Shown here piece by piece: positions 28,769-40,434 of a DNA stretch of 64,000 nt. The stretch comes from Gammaproteobacteria bacterium. GTDB lineage: Bacteria; Pseudomonadota; Gammaproteobacteria; UBA4575. The notes under the pieces are model-generated. The model searched no databases, was not told where the DNA came from, and saw only the letters and a list, made by a program, of their open reading frames with translations. Made by a program: the position numbers and the translations under genes. Positions within the stretch are counted from its first letter, which is position 1. Each line of letters starts with the position of its first letter. The stretch lies in contig CBDCUI010000009.1 of the NCBI GenBank assembly GCA_965222615.1, positions 384,001-448,000 of the forward strand, in the 5' to 3' direction.

Positions 28769-31030
28769 CTAATTTATAACCTCTTCTAGATAATCGATCT
28801 CTAACTCCTCTCCATTCGCCCGCACACATACTTTGCCGCCGTTTTCTAAACGACCAAAGAGAATCTCTTCTGCAAGTGGTTTTTTAATATGTTCTTGTAT
28901 TACTCGTTCCATCGGGCGTGCACCCATTTTCACATCATAACCACGCTCGGCTATCCATTCTTTTGCAGACTGTTCAACTTGAATTTCTACCTTCTTAAGC
29001 TCAAGTTGTGCTTCAAGCTGAGCAACAAACTTGTCCACCACATAAAGAACTGTTTCTTTTTCTAATGGTTCAAATTGAATAATTCCATCAAGACGATTTC
29101 TAAATTCAGGAGTAAATGAACGTTTGATGATTTCCATGCCATCAGCTTGATGATCTTGTTGCGTAAAGCCGACACTAGCACGACTCATTTCTTGTGCGCC
29201 TGCATTGGTCGTCATTACTAAAATCACATTGCGAAAGTCTACTTTTCGACCATTGGTATCCGTCAAGGTGCCATGATCCATGACTTGTAGCAATAAGTTA
29301 AATACATCTGGATGAGCTTTTTCTACCTCATCGAGCAATAACACACAGTGCGGTGACTTGAGTACGGCATCGGTAAGCAAACCGCCCTGATCAAAACCAA
29401 CATAGCCTGGCGGCGCACCAATTAAGCGTGAAACCGTATGGCGCTCCATATATTCAGACATATCAAAACGCAATAGCTCGATTCCTAAAATCATCGAAAG
29501 TTGTCGAGTGACTTCAGTTTTACCTACACCTGTAGGCCCAGCAAACAAAAAGGAACCGATTGGTTTATCTTCATTACCAATTCCTGAACGCGACATTTTA
29601 ATTGCAGTGGCTAAAGTGCCGATGGCCTTATCTTGCCCAAACACAACCAGTTTTAAATCACGTTCTAAGTTCTTGAGTACCTCAGTATCATTCGATGAAA
29701 CATGTTTTGGAGGAATACGTGCCATTTTAGAAACAATTTCTTCGATGTGTTTAACCGATATGGTCTTTTTACGTGCAGACTTAGGCTTCAAGTTCATGTT
29801 TGCTCCGGCCTCGTCAATCACGTCAATAGCCTTATCCGGTAAATGCCTATCGTTAATGTGCTTGGCGGCCAAATCCACGGCAGCTTTTAAGGACTTATCG
29901 GAATAGCGTACATCATGATGCTTTTCAAATCGGCTACGCAACCCTTTTAAAATCTCAAAGGTTTCATCAATACTTGGCTCTTCGATATCTATATTTTGAA
30001 AACGACGTGCCAAGGCACGATCTTTTTCAAATACGCCACGAAATTCTTGATAGGTCGTTGAACCAATACACTTGAGTTCACCGGAACTCAGCATAGGCTT
30101 GATTAGATTCGAAGCATCCATTACACCACCAGAAGCCGACCCAGCTCCAATGACAGTATGGATTTCATCGATAAATAAAATCGCACCTTCTTCTTCTTTC
30201 AGTTGATGCAATACACCTTTAAGGCGTTTTTCAAAATCCCCACGATACTTAGTTCCAGCTACCAAACCACCTAAGTCTAAGGCATAAATAGTGCAATCTT
30301 TTAAAATATCAGGTACTTCATTATCGACAATCTTTTTCGCCAAACCTTCAGCGATGGCAGTTTTACCCACACCTGCTTCACCTACAAGCAATGGGTTGTT
30401 TTTTCTACGTCGGCACAATATTTGAATGGTGCGCTCAATTTCCTTTTCACGTCCAATAAGAGGATCAATTTTTCCTTCAAGGGCTAACTGATTTAAATTG
30501 GAAGCAAAGCGATCCAACGGCTTTGGCGCAGGCGCATCGCCATTCACATCTACTTCTGAATCAGCGGTTAATTCGCTTTCTGAATCAAGGGGCACTTTTG
30601 AAATGCCATGCGCAATGAAATTCACTACATCAAGTCGCGCGACATCGTGTTGACCCAGTAAGTACACTGCATGGGACTCCTGTTCACCAAATATAGCTAC
30701 CAACACATTAGCGCCCGTAACTTCTACTTCTTTTTTACCCGAAGACTGTACATGAAATACTGCACGTTGCAGTACACGCTGAAATCCTAAAGTTGGCTGT
30801 GTATCTCGGTCATCATCATCCGGAAGAATAGGAGTATTGTCTTTAATGAACTCAGTTAATTCATTGGTTAATTTTGATAGATCTATACCACAAGCACGCA
30901 AGACATTGGCCGCAGCAGGATTTTGGGTAAGTGCAAGCAACAAATGCTCTACCGTCATAAATTCATGACGTTTTTCACGCGCTTCTTTAAACGCTAAGTT
31001 CAAAGTAAATTCAAGCTCTTTGTTTAACAT
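28769..31030 (-). CDS. clpA: Clp protease ATP-binding subunit ClpA
   Basis: Two Walker A motifs GEAGVGKT and GPTGVGKT; follows clpS. Confidence 0.97.
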   Translation of the reverse strand: MLNKELEFTLNLAFKEAREKRHEFMTVEHLLLALTQNPAAANVLRACGIDLSKLTNELTEFIKDNTPILPDDDDRDTQPTLGFQRVLQRAVFHVQSSGKKEVEVTGANVLVAIFGEQESHAVYLLGQHDVARLDVVNFIAHGISKVPLDSESELTADSEVDVNGDAPAPKPLDRFASNLNQLALEGKIDPLIGREKEIERTIQILCRRRKNNPLLVGEAGVGKTAIAEGLAKKIVDNEVPDILKDCTIYALDLGGLVAGTKYRGDFEKRLKGVLHQLKEEEGAILFIDEIHTVIGAGSASGGVMDASNLIKPMLSSGELKCIGSTTYQEFRGVFEKDRALARRFQNIDIEEPSIDETFEILKGLRSRFEKHHDVRYSDKSLKAAVDLAAKHINDRHLPDKAIDVIDEAGANMNLKPKSARKKTISVKHIEEIVSKMARIPPKHVSSNDTEVLKNLERDLKLVVFGQDKAIGTLATAIKMSRSGIGNEDKPIGSFLFAGPTGVGKTEVTRQLSMILGIELLRFDMSEYMERHTVSRLIGAPPGYVGFDQGGLLTDAVLKSPHCVLLLDEVEKAHPDVFNLLLQVMDHGTLTDTNGRKVDFRNVILVMTTNAGAQEMSRASVGFTQQDHQADGMEIIKRSFTPEFRNRLDGIIQFEPLEKETVLYVVDKFVAQLEAQLELKKVEIQVEQSAKEWIAERGYDVKMGARPMERVIQEHIKKPLAEEILFGRLENGGKVCVRANGEELEIDYLEEVIN

Positions 31031-31045
31031 CTTACACCTAAGTTG

Positions 31046-31366
31046 TTAGGCTTCTTCCATAGCACACAGCAACGGATGGTTATTCATTCGTGAGTAGTCG
31101 TTTACTTGAGCCACTTTCGTCTCAGCAACATCACGAGTAAAAACCCCACACACTCCTTTTCCTCGTGTATGGACATGCAGCATGATTCGTGTAGCTTTTT
31201 CTCTGTTCATCTTAAAAAAGTTCTCTAATATATGTACAACAAACTCCATTGGTGTGTAATCATCATTTAACAATACAACTTTGTACATCGGAGGCTTTTT
31301 GGTTTTTGGCTTAGCCTCTTGTATGGCCAATTCATCATCATGGCGAATTTGTTCTTGATCAGACAT
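31046..31366 (-). CDS. clpS: Clp adaptor ClpS
   Basis: [17 protein letters not shown]. Confidence 0.97.
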   Translation of the reverse strand: MSDQEQIRHDDELAIQEAKPKTKKPPMYKVVLLNDDYTPMEFVVHILENFFKMNREKATRIMLHVHTRGKGVCGVFTRDVAETKVAQVNDYSRMNNHPLLCAMEEA

Positions 31367-31659
31367 ACTCGATATTTAAAGCTTGAAATGAATATTATAT
31401 TCAGCACTAATTTGCCGCCTAGCAACAATATCTAAAATGCACCATTTGGCCTACCCAAACGTTAAGCCAATGATTATTTATAAGATTTGTGCACAATAAG
31501 TAAGTTTCAAGCCTTACCTATATTATAGTTTAAATTAATAATATAACCTATTGAAAATATGAATTATTACACCTATTTAATAAGCAGTAATTTCACCTGT
31601 GAAAGCGGTTTTTTACATATTCACCGCCATATCTCATTTCATCAGTCTTTGAGCTTGTC

Positions 31660-32118
31660 ATGAATTGGCAGCCACACATCACTGTCGCCGCAGTTATCGA
31701 GCGTGAGCAAAAATACCTCCTGGTTGAGGAACGCGCCGAAGGTCAGATAGTATTTAATCAGCCTGCAGGGCATTGGGAACGTGGTGAAACGCTTCTCGAG
31801 GCAGCCGCACGCGAAACTTTGGAAGAAACGGGTTGGGAGTTTTTTCCATCTGCATTAGTTGGCATTTACCGTTGGCAACATCCCAAAAAGGATGAAACTT
31901 TTTTGCGTTTTACATTTTGTGGCAACACCGGAGCAAAACAGATTAATAATAACTTGGATGACGGTATCATCAGTGCAAACTGGTATAGCGCGGATGAAAT
32001 ACTCGCCTTACCGGAAGCAAAAATTCGTAGCACCATGGTAATACATAGTTTAAAAGATTATATAGATGGCAAACGCTATGACCTTAATCTTATTAAAGAT
32101 ATCCACCAACAATGGTGA
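31660..32118 (+). CDS. nudJ: NUDIX hydrolase NudJ-like
   Basis: PHITVAA, NQPAGH..GE...AAARETLEETG; upstream of mnmA. Confidence 0.88.
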   Translation: MNWQPHITVAAVIEREQKYLLVEERAEGQIVFNQPAGHWERGETLLEAAARETLEETGWEFFPSALVGIYRWQHPKKDETFLRFTFCGNTGAKQINNNLDDGIISANWYSADEILALPEAKIRSTMVIHSLKDYIDGKRYDLNLIKDIHQQW

Positions 32119-32147
32119 AACATAAGTTCTAAGTAAAAATTATCACT

Positions 32148-33233
32148 ATGACGGCAAAGATCATTGTCGGAATGTCAGGTGGCGTCGATTCATCTGTTGC
32201 GGCCTATCTGCTATGTAAACAAGGCTTCCATGTAGAAGGCTTATTCATGAAAAACTGGGAAGAAGATGATGACGAAGAGTATTGCGCCGCAGCAGTTGAT
32301 CTAGCGGATGCACAGCAAGTTTGCGAACAACTCAATATTCCTTTACATACGGTAAATTTTTCTAGCGAATATTGGGATCGTGTATTTGAGTACTTTATTA
32401 AAGAGTATCAGGCAGGACGAACCCCCAACCCGGATATTATCTGTAATAAAGAAATCAAATTCCGTGCTTTCTTAGACTATGCCCTTAACCTAGATGCCAC
32501 TTCTATCGCCACTGGGCATTATGCCAACTGTATTAAAGATAACTCTTTGGTTCTACTAACCAAGGGCAAGGACCAGGATAAAGATCAAAGCTACTTTTTG
32601 CATACACTAGACCAAGATCAGCTCAGCAAATCGATGTTTCCACTGGGCAATATAACCAAAGCTCAAGTACGTAAAATTGCTAAAGAAAACAACTTTAACG
32701 TACATGATAAAAAAGACAGTACAGGCATCTGTTTTATCGGTGAGCGTAAATTTAAAGATTTTTTAAGAAATTATATCCCTGTGAAACCCGGTAATATCGT
32801 TACGCTGGAAGGTGAAATAATCGGTAACCATGAAGGCATCATGTATTACACCATCGGACAGCGCCAAGGATTAGGTATCGGTGGACAGCAACATTTTTCA
32901 GAAGAGCCTTGGTATGTTGCGGATAAAAAGCTTGCTACGAATGAGCTGGTTGTGGTGCAGGGGCATGACAATACAGCCCTATTCCATTCTAAAATTACCA
33001 CTCAGCAAATCCATTGGATTACAGATAACTCTCCAATAAAAACGGTGAATATCACTGCTAAAATACGCTATCGACAGCACGATCAGCCCTGTTCCATACA
33101 CTGTGTTACAGATAATCACTATGAAATTGTATTTGATATGCCGCAGTGGGCAATAACACCTGGGCAAAGCGTGGTGTTTTATAATAAAGACATCTGTCTA
33201 GGAGGCGCGATTATTGAAACGCGTATAGTTTAA
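32148..33233 (+). CDS. mnmA: tRNA 2-thiouridine(34) synthase
   Basis: MSGGVDSS, TPNPDI.CN, KDSTGICFIG. Confidence 0.97.
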   Translation: MTAKIIVGMSGGVDSSVAAYLLCKQGFHVEGLFMKNWEEDDDEEYCAAAVDLADAQQVCEQLNIPLHTVNFSSEYWDRVFEYFIKEYQAGRTPNPDIICNKEIKFRAFLDYALNLDATSIATGHYANCIKDNSLVLLTKGKDQDKDQSYFLHTLDQDQLSKSMFPLGNITKAQVRKIAKENNFNVHDKKDSTGICFIGERKFKDFLRNYIPVKPGNIVTLEGEIIGNHEGIMYYTIGQRQGLGIGGQQHFSEEPWYVADKKLATNELVVVQGHDNTALFHSKITTQQIHWITDNSPIKTVNITAKIRYRQHDQPCSIHCVTDNHYEIVFDMPQWAITPGQSVVFYNKDICLGGAIIETRIV

Positions 33234-33240
33234 ATATTCA

Positions 33241-33864
33241 ATGTTTAAAATCACTACAAACCAAACTATCGCTCTTGCTGGGCTGTATCAATCCTTGGCT
33301 TTAGTACAGCAAGTTGCTTGGGAAGGTGATACGACACACTCTGCAATGGTGCCCACCATTAAAAGTATCTTAAAAATCGATATTGATGATTTTATTGAAC
33401 CTTATGAATCGATCCACAACCTTAAGCTGGGTTTAACTACACTAAAACAAACTTTAGAAAAACGTCACGACCCACGTGTAGTAGAACGCACCCGTTATGC
33501 CATCAACTTAATGTACTTAGATAATAAACTACAAACCGATCCACAAACGATGTCTGCATTAGGTACACAAATCGAACGCATTACTAGCCAATACCCCGAT
33601 GCTGAAGAATCCATCTTCGATATTACGCAAGAGCTTGGAATATTGTACCGTGAATCTATCAGCCCACTAGGACCCAAAATCATCGTGGAAGGCAATCCAA
33701 ATTATTTAAAAAACGAGCAGAACGTTGGTGTAATCCGCACCTTACTTTTGGCTGGATTACGCGCCATCACTCTATGGCGACATGCCCATGGTAAACGCTG
33801 GGCTTTACTATTTGGACGCCAATCTATCCTTAGAAACATCGCGGCTTTAGAGCAAGGTATTTGA
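33241..33864 (+). CDS. hflD: High-frequency lysogenization protein HflD
   Basis: ALAGLYQ, ISPLGPKI.V.G, IR.LLLAG.RA..LW; mnmA-adjacent. Confidence 0.92.
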   Translation: MFKITTNQTIALAGLYQSLALVQQVAWEGDTTHSAMVPTIKSILKIDIDDFIEPYESIHNLKLGLTTLKQTLEKRHDPRVVERTRYAINLMYLDNKLQTDPQTMSALGTQIERITSQYPDAEESIFDITQELGILYRESISPLGPKIIVEGNPNYLKNEQNVGVIRTLLLAGLRAITLWRHAHGKRWALLFGRQSILRNIAALEQGI

Positions 33865-33985
33865 GCAAGTACCTAGTTAATTAAGATTTACCACCTAAAG
33901 GCACTACCCCTTTGAGTAGAAATACTCGATAATCCTTGCCCTTTTGCAAGCGATAGACAACAATTTTCAAAGGTGAGGAGTCTGC

Positions 33986-36658
33986 ATGAGTAATAGTTTT
34001 AATACCAAATCCACACTGGATGTGAATGGCAATTCCTATGAAATATTTAATGTGGGGAAATTACCGCAAGCAGAGCGTTTACCCTATTCCATAAAAATTC
34101 TGCTTGAAAATCTTCTGCGCTATGAAGATGGCAGTACCGTTACCAAACAAGACATTGAAGCCATTTTAAATTGGGACTCTAAAGCTGAACCCAGTAAGGA
34201 AATTGCTTTTCGGCCGGCCCGCGTTTTAATGCAAGACTTCACAGGGGTACCTGCAGTTGTAGATTTGGCGGCCATGCGTGACGCCATGAAGGCCTTGGGC
34301 GGTAACCCTGAAAAAATAAATCCGCTACAGCCTGCAGAAATGGTAATCGACCATTCTGTGCAAGTAGATAATTTTGGCTCCGATGCCGCCATGGATTTAA
34401 ATGAAAAGCTCGAGTTTAATCGCAACAAAGAACGTTATAGCTTTTTGAAATGGGGACAAAACGCCTTTTCAAACTTTAAAGTTGTGCCTCCCGGTACCGG
34501 TATCGTGCACCAAGTAAATCTGGAATATTTAGCGCGAGTAATTTTTTCTAAGGAACAAGGCAGCACTACACAAGCCTATCCAGATTCTGTAGTCGGAACC
34601 GATTCACACACCACTATGATTAACGGTGTTGGTGTGCTCGGCTGGGGTGTAGGTGGAATCGAGGCCGAAGCTTCCATGCTGGGCCAACCGATTTCCATGC
34701 TCATTCCCAAAGTGGTTGGATTTAAACTCACCGGTAAACTTCCAGAAGGTGCTACTGCAACGGATTTAGTATTAATGGTAGTAGAAATGCTGCGTAAACA
34801 CGGTGTGGTAGGTAAGTTTGTAGAATTTTATGGGGATGGCTTAGATGTATTACCACTTGCAGACCGCGCTACCATTGCCAACATGGCGCCAGAATACGGC
34901 GCAACCTGTGGAATCTTTCCGATAGATGCCGAAACTATTCGCTATCTAAGTCAAACCGGACGCGATGCACAACAAGTTGCGTTAGCCGAAGCCTATGCAA
35001 AAGAAACCAGTATGTGGCGTGAAGGCCAATCTATGAACGAGGGAGAAGATGTCGATTTCAGTGAGCACATTGAATTAAATCTGGGTGATGTCGTACCAAG
35101 CTTGGCAGGACCGAAACGCCCACAAGATCGTATTTCACTTACCGAATCCAAAACGGTGTTTGCCAAAGACATCGCTGCTCTTAAAGAAGAACGTGATATT
35201 CAAAGCAAAGGTAGTGTAAACATTTCTATTGATAACCAAGAGGTAACCTTAGCGGATGGCGCAGTAGTACTCGCGGCAATTACTTCTTGCACTAACACTT
35301 CCAACCCAAGTGTCATGCTCGGTGCCGGCTTAGTCGCGCGCAAAGCGGCAAAGCTTGGAGTGAAAGTAAAACCTTGGGTGAAAACTTCACTGGCACCCGG
35401 TTCACGTGTAGTAACTGAATACTTAGAAAGTGCCGGTGTCATGGATGATTTAAAAGAACTTGGTTTTCATGTAGTAGGTTATGGATGTACAACTTGTATT
35501 GGAAACTCAGGCCCATTACCGGAACCCGTGGCTAATGCCATTACCGAAAATGATCTAGTCACTACTTCAGTACTATCCGGCAATCGTAACTTCGAAGGCC
35601 GTGTACATGCCCTGATTCGCATGAACTATCTAGCTTCACCACCACTAGTCGTGGCCTATGCCATTGCCGGGCGCATGGATATCGACGTCTACCATGAAGC
35701 CATTGCCGAAGACAAAGATGGGAATCCAGTATTCTTAAGAGATATCTGGCCGACCCAACAAGAAGTTACTGATGTCGTGACAAACTTTTTAACTACAGAC
35801 CAATATGTGCGTTCGTATGATGATGTCTTTAGCGGAGAAAGCAATTGGAATAATTTAGCTGCTGCAGATAGCGATTTATATGCCTGGGATGACTCCACGT
35901 ATATCAATAATCCACCTTATTTCGAAGGCATGACCAAAACGGTTGAAGATGTAACCGATATTCATGGTGCACGCGTACTGGCGTATCTCGGTGATTCTGT
36001 TACTACCGATCACATCTCACCCGCAGGTGCAATCGCATCAGATAGCCCTGCAGCAAAATATTTACAAGAAAAAGGCGTAAGCCCTGCAGACTTTAACTCT
36101 TACGGTTCGCGTCGTGGTAACCATGAAGTAATGATGCGTGGCACTTTTGCCAACATTCGTCTACGTAACAAATTGGCACCAGGAACCGAAGGTGGCGTCA
36201 CCATTCACCAACCCAGTGGTGAACAAATGTCTATCTATGATGCAGCAATGAAATATAAGCAAGAAAGTGTTCCCACCATTATTCTTGCCGGCAAAGAGTA
36301 TGGTTGTGGCTCATCACGTGATTGGGCTGCAAAAGGGCCACGTTTACAAGGCGTCAGTGCTGTAATTGCAAAAAGTTACGAACGTATCCATCGTTCGAAT
36401 TTAGTAGGCATGGGCATATTACCCTTACAGTATAAAGACGGTGACAATGCCGAAAGCCTTGGCTTAAGTGGTAAAGAAACATTTAGCATCACAGGTTTAC
36501 AAAATGGTGCTGCCAAGATGGTTACGGTTACTGCAACTAGTGAAGACGGCTCTGAAAAAACATTTGAAGTGAAAGTGCGTATCGATACACCACAAGAAGT
36601 GGAGTATTACCAGAATGGGGGCATACTTCATTATGTACTTCGCCAACTAGCCGCTTAA
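33986..36658 (+). CDS. acnA: Aconitate hydratase A
   Basis: [39 protein letters not shown]. Confidence 0.97.
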   Translation: MSNSFNTKSTLDVNGNSYEIFNVGKLPQAERLPYSIKILLENLLRYEDGSTVTKQDIEAILNWDSKAEPSKEIAFRPARVLMQDFTGVPAVVDLAAMRDAMKALGGNPEKINPLQPAEMVIDHSVQVDNFGSDAAMDLNEKLEFNRNKERYSFLKWGQNAFSNFKVVPPGTGIVHQVNLEYLARVIFSKEQGSTTQAYPDSVVGTDSHTTMINGVGVLGWGVGGIEAEASMLGQPISMLIPKVVGFKLTGKLPEGATATDLVLMVVEMLRKHGVVGKFVEFYGDGLDVLPLADRATIANMAPEYGATCGIFPIDAETIRYLSQTGRDAQQVALAEAYAKETSMWREGQSMNEGEDVDFSEHIELNLGDVVPSLAGPKRPQDRISLTESKTVFAKDIAALKEERDIQSKGSVNISIDNQEVTLADGAVVLAAITSCTNTSNPSVMLGAGLVARKAAKLGVKVKPWVKTSLAPGSRVVTEYLESAGVMDDLKELGFHVVGYGCTTCIGNSGPLPEPVANAITENDLVTTSVLSGNRNFEGRVHALIRMNYLASPPLVVAYAIAGRMDIDVYHEAIAEDKDGNPVFLRDIWPTQQEVTDVVTNFLTTDQYVRSYDDVFSGESNWNNLAAADSDLYAWDDSTYINNPPYFEGMTKTVEDVTDIHGARVLAYLGDSVTTDHISPAGAIASDSPAAKYLQEKGVSPADFNSYGSRRGNHEVMMRGTFANIRLRNKLAPGTEGGVTIHQPSGEQMSIYDAAMKYKQESVPTIILAGKEYGCGSSRDWAAKGPRLQGVSAVIAKSYERIHRSNLVGMGILPLQYKDGDNAESLGLSGKETFSITGLQNGAAKMVTVTATSEDGSEKTFEVKVRIDTPQEVEYYQNGGILHYVLRQLAA

Positions 36659-36781
36659 ATCGCATCTTTTGATCCAATATTTCGTTGCGATACTTTTTGC
36701 TGATGCTCATTTACAACTGTGTAAACTGCGCTTCTCAAAAGTATCGCGCCTCATCTTGAATCAAAATCTACTGATTTAAGT
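36653..36781 (+). repeat. Dispersed palindromic element, copy C
   Basis: cttaaatcGCATCT..CGTT gcgatacttttt..TGCTCATTTAC..GTAAACTGCGC..aaaagtatcgc GCCTC..TCTACtgatttaag. Confidence 0.88.
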
Positions 36782-36810
36782 AAATATATTAAGTTATTCT
36801 ACTTATACAG

Positions 36811-36909
36811 CGTTATTGCGAGGAGCGTAAGCGACGTGGCAATCCAGAAAATTTGGCATCCTGTATAAGTAATTTCTTTACTAGATTGCTTCACTACGTT
36901 CGCAATGAC
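36811..36909. repeat. CGTC-type REP-like palindrome (GTCATTGCGA...GCAATC...GATTGC...TCGCAATGAC class)
   Basis: cgttattgcgaggagcgtaagcgacgtggcaatc ... gattgcttcactacgttcgcaatgac. Confidence 0.8.
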
Positions 36910-36920
36910 TATTAATTATC

Positions 36921-37808
36921 ATGTGCTCAAATAATATCGTTTTAGGAAGTATCTGCATTTTACTGGGAGAGCTTTGCTTTGTCAGTATGGGCTCGCTAGT
37001 AAAACTATTAGCGGAAACCATGCCTAGTCAGAATGTCGTATTCTTTCGAAATCTATTTGGATTACTCGCACTATCCCCTATTCTAATTCGCTTAGGCGGT
37101 AGTTCGATTAAAACCAATGTGTTTCATTGGCATTTGCTGCGTTCACTAAGTGGTATCGGTGCTATGTATTGTTTTTTCTATGCATTAGCCAAGCTTCCAC
37201 TTGCCGATGCGATGTTATTAAAAATCACCGTGCCTTTGTTTATTCCTATCATCGCGTTCTTATGGATTAGTGAGCATGTATCAACTCGAACAATATTAGC
37301 AATACTTGTCGGTTTTGCTGGTGTAGTAATTATTTTAAAACCAACTGGAACGATTCAATTAGCTTCTATAGCTGGTTTACTAGGAGGTGCACTAGCAGCG
37401 CTGGCAAAAGTCACCATACGAAGAATGTCTGGGACCGAACCAACCAGTCGAATAGTCTTTTACTTTGCAACCACCAGTTTAATAATTTCAACCATCCCAT
37501 TATTAAAATACTGGCAAAACCCAACTACGCACGAATGGCTGCTGCTCATTTTATTAGGTATTGTTGGCACCGGTGGACAGTTGTTTTTAACTAAAGCATA
37601 TTCTCTCGCTCCAGCAAGCAGAGTTGGACCCTTTACTTATTCTTCTATTGTATTCGCAAGTATCATTGGATGGATATTTTGGGATGAAAAAATAACGCTG
37701 CTCACAATTTCCGGAGCCATGTTAATTATCTTTGCAGGAATACTCATCTTTAACGAAAAACAAATTAAAGAAACACCCAAGTCACCTTTATCTGAGACTA
37801 TTTCCTAG
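36921..37808 (+). CDS. DMT/EamA family transporter
   Basis: About 10 TM segments, two EamA repeats. Confidence 0.9.
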   Translation: MCSNNIVLGSICILLGELCFVSMGSLVKLLAETMPSQNVVFFRNLFGLLALSPILIRLGGSSIKTNVFHWHLLRSLSGIGAMYCFFYALAKLPLADAMLLKITVPLFIPIIAFLWISEHVSTRTILAILVGFAGVVIILKPTGTIQLASIAGLLGGALAALAKVTIRRMSGTEPTSRIVFYFATTSLIISTIPLLKYWQNPTTHEWLLLILLGIVGTGGQLFLTKAYSLAPASRVGPFTYSSIVFASIIGWIFWDEKITLLTISGAMLIIFAGILIFNEKQIKETPKSPLSETIS

Positions 37809-37970
37809 AACTGGCTATAGAAGCAAGGTTCGTACAACCATCTTTTAATAGTTCTGGTGTTATTTATTCTTTATTCTAAAGGCTTCCATTGGAGAGCCCT
37901 CGAAAAAAGGGGTCTGAAGTGTACTGAGCAAAGTGGACAAGTTAATCAAGCGTTATCATACAACAATTCA

Positions 37971-37995
37971 GTTTGGTTTGGTTTGGTTTGGTTTG
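37971..37995. repeat. (GTTTG)5 microsatellite between two gaaaaaaggggtc direct repeats (37902-37914, 38020-38032)
   Basis: Read directly from the sequence. Confidence 0.85.
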
Positions 37996-38049
37996 GTGTT
38001 TGATAATTCAGTGTTTGATGAAAAAAGGGGTCAAGCAAATACTATAATA

Positions 38050-38520
38050 CTATTGGCATTTTTGAACCGCAAATATTTTACTCACTAAAGGCTCCTCAGC
38101 CGAATCGATAATATGATATGTTTCAATTGATTCAAATTTAAGTAATTTATTTTGCTCTTTTACAGACATATATTCGACAGTATCTGACACAACAATGTAT
38201 CCAGAAACTTTTTTTTCTGTAGATATAATTTTACTTTCTTTAATGTAGTCATTTAACATTTCAAATGCTCCACTCATTTCTTCAAATAGAGCTTGTTTGT
38301 CTTGCGTAATTGGCGTCTGATTACAGCGAGTAATTTCAATTTCGAAATCATCAGAAAATAACTTCCCTAAGGCATCAAAATTTTGAGAATTTGTTGCTTT
38401 TCTTACTTTTTCTACAACAGATAGTGCTTTACCCTCATCAGCGTATAAATTCTGAGTGAACCCAACCAGAGAAAGAATTGTAATAAACATAACTATTAAA
38501 TTTATTTGTTTAATTTTCAT
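38050..38520 (-). CDS. Secreted hypothetical protein, probable NTF2/SnoaL-like fold
   Basis: Signal peptide LYA-D; N.Q.FDAL..LFSDDF pattern; AT-rich. Confidence 0.6.
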   Translation of the reverse strand: MKIKQINLIVMFITILSLVGFTQNLYADEGKALSVVEKVRKATNSQNFDALGKLFSDDFEIEITRCNQTPITQDKQALFEEMSGAFEMLNDYIKESKIISTEKKVSGYIVVSDTVEYMSVKEQNKLLKFESIETYHIIDSAEEPLVSKIFAVQKCQ

Positions 38521-38685
38521 AAAATTTAACCTTGAAAAAGATGTAAAATATTATTAATTAGAGAAAGAATTCTTTTAACTTCCTGATTTCTGATATCGGT
38601 AGCAGCAGCTTGGATTAACCAGTCAGTTTCGTGCAACCAGCCACACATAAACCACATGTATATACATTCGAGCACCCAACCGAAG

Positions 38686-40287
38686 TTATTTGAACTGAGA
38701 TTCTAACTTATCTGCTTTGACTGCGGCACTAAAATAATACCCCTGCCCGTTATTTATTCCATATTCTTTTGCTACCTTAAGAACTTCTTTATTTTCAACA
38801 CCTTCAGCCGTAGTAGTTAACTTCAACTGCTGTGCAATTTCTTTTGCATGCTGAATAATCGCTCTACTATCTTCATCTGTGGGGGCATTCACCATGAAGG
38901 ACTGATCTATTTTCAGCTCATCAAAAGGTAGTTCCTTTAAATATTCTAATGAAGCATGTTTGGTTCCATAATCATCAAGACTAAAAATTAGTCCTTGTTG
39001 TTTATAGCTCATCATTAGCGAATTAATTTCACTCGCATTACCGATACTAGAGGTTTCAGTAAGCTCTATTTTCAGCATCTTAGCTATCCAGGTTTGATTT
39101 TTTAATAGCGTATTTAATTCTTGCTGGAAGTCTTTATTCAAAAATCCATTAGCGGTGATATTGAATGCGATAGGTAAATGTATGTTCTTGTCATGCCATT
39201 CTTCAAGAAGTGTTACTACTTTTTTAAGCAGCCAAAGATTAATTTCATAAATCAGCCCCGCTTTTTCTGCATACGGAATAAATCTACCAGGATCGAGCAA
39301 GCCATATTTAGGGTGTTGCCAACGGATTAGAGCTTCTGCAGAAATGATTTTTTCATCACTTAATCTCACTTGAGGTTGATAAAGTATCGTGAGTTGTTCT
39401 TCTTGTATGGCCCGTTGCAACATGCCGATGATTTGTATGTCTTCAATATTATTTGCAGATACTTGTTCATCATAAATTAGTACTGCATCACCTTTTCTTT
39501 GCGCCTCCAGCATCGAGAATCTAGCCTTCTCCATTAACTCGAAGCCATTGTTAGCATGCTTAGGAAACATTGCCACACCAATAGACACCCCTACATCTGT
39601 AGGATTGCCATCTACTGCGAGAGGTTCTTGAATCGATTCAGCTATATTTTTTGCAATCGTATGAATATGACCTTGTGCCACTACTGGATTTATTAAAACA
39701 GCAAATTCATCACCACCTAAACGAGCAATAAGATCAGTTTTTCTTAATGAGCTGCGAATGCGTTGTGCAATTTCTTGTAATATGACGTCACCGACAAAAT
39801 AACCCAAAGTTTCATTGATAAGTTTGAAACGTTTTAAGTCAATTAACATCAAGGCTAATTCATTGCCATCGTTTTCAGTATTCTCTAGAACCAATTCCAA
39901 TTGTTCATTGAAAAACGATAAATTTGGAAGGCCGGTCAAGTCGTCATGTGTTGCGTGATAGTGTTCAAGCGCTGCTGATTTAGTTAATTCAGTTGCAATA
40001 CTATTACCTGTACGTGCTGCAAACCGAACAAATAATGCAGAAAATAAACATGCACTTACTACTACTAGTTGCGAAAATTCAAATGGCTGAGTAAGTGTAA
40101 AATATAGAAAGTAAATAGAAATAATGATCAGTGCGCAGGCAAATATTATTAACCAGAGAATATTTGTATTAGCTGGCTGTAACTTTTTTAAACGGAACAA
40201 TTTTCGAATAGAATAAATCAATAACCCTATTACGACTAGCATAAGCGCTGACAAAAATATATTTTGCCAGTTGCCTTCTACTACCAT
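38686..40287 (-). CDS. Membrane-anchored GGDEF-EAL c-di-GMP enzyme
   Basis: 3 TM, DDLTGLPN, RKTD I-site, GGDEF, EALIRW, DDYGT. Confidence 0.93.
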   Translation of the reverse strand: MVVEGNWQNIFLSALMLVVIGLLIYSIRKLFRLKKLQPANTNILWLIIFACALIIISIYFLYFTLTQPFEFSQLVVVSACLFSALFVRFAARTGNSIATELTKSAALEHYHATHDDLTGLPNLSFFNEQLELVLENTENDGNELALMLIDLKRFKLINETLGYFVGDVILQEIAQRIRSSLRKTDLIARLGGDEFAVLINPVVAQGHIHTIAKNIAESIQEPLAVDGNPTDVGVSIGVAMFPKHANNGFELMEKARFSMLEAQRKGDAVLIYDEQVSANNIEDIQIIGMLQRAIQEEQLTILYQPQVRLSDEKIISAEALIRWQHPKYGLLDPGRFIPYAEKAGLIYEINLWLLKKVVTLLEEWHDKNIHLPIAFNITANGFLNKDFQQELNTLLKNQTWIAKMLKIELTETSSIGNASEINSLMMSYKQQGLIFSLDDYGTKHASLEYLKELPFDELKIDQSFMVNAPTDEDSRAIIQHAKEIAQQLKLTTTAEGVENKEVLKVAKEYGINNGQGYYFSAAVKADKLESQFK

Positions 40288-40308
40288 GTTCTACTCAGGA
40301 AATTATTT

Positions 40309-40434
40309 TAAAGAGGCACTGATTTATTCTGAAACGAGGCAAAAAATGACGAAAAGCGCGGAGTGTATGAATAATACATGAGCACTTTAAGATCATTTTT
40401 TAACAAAGTATCAGGATAAATCTGGGTTTCTTTA
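40309..40434 (-). repeat. Dispersed palindromic element, copy D
   Basis: Minus: taaagaaacccagatttat..TGCTCATGTA..TACACTCCGC..GCCTCG..ataaatcagtgcctcttta; same subfamily as copy A. Confidence 0.88.
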
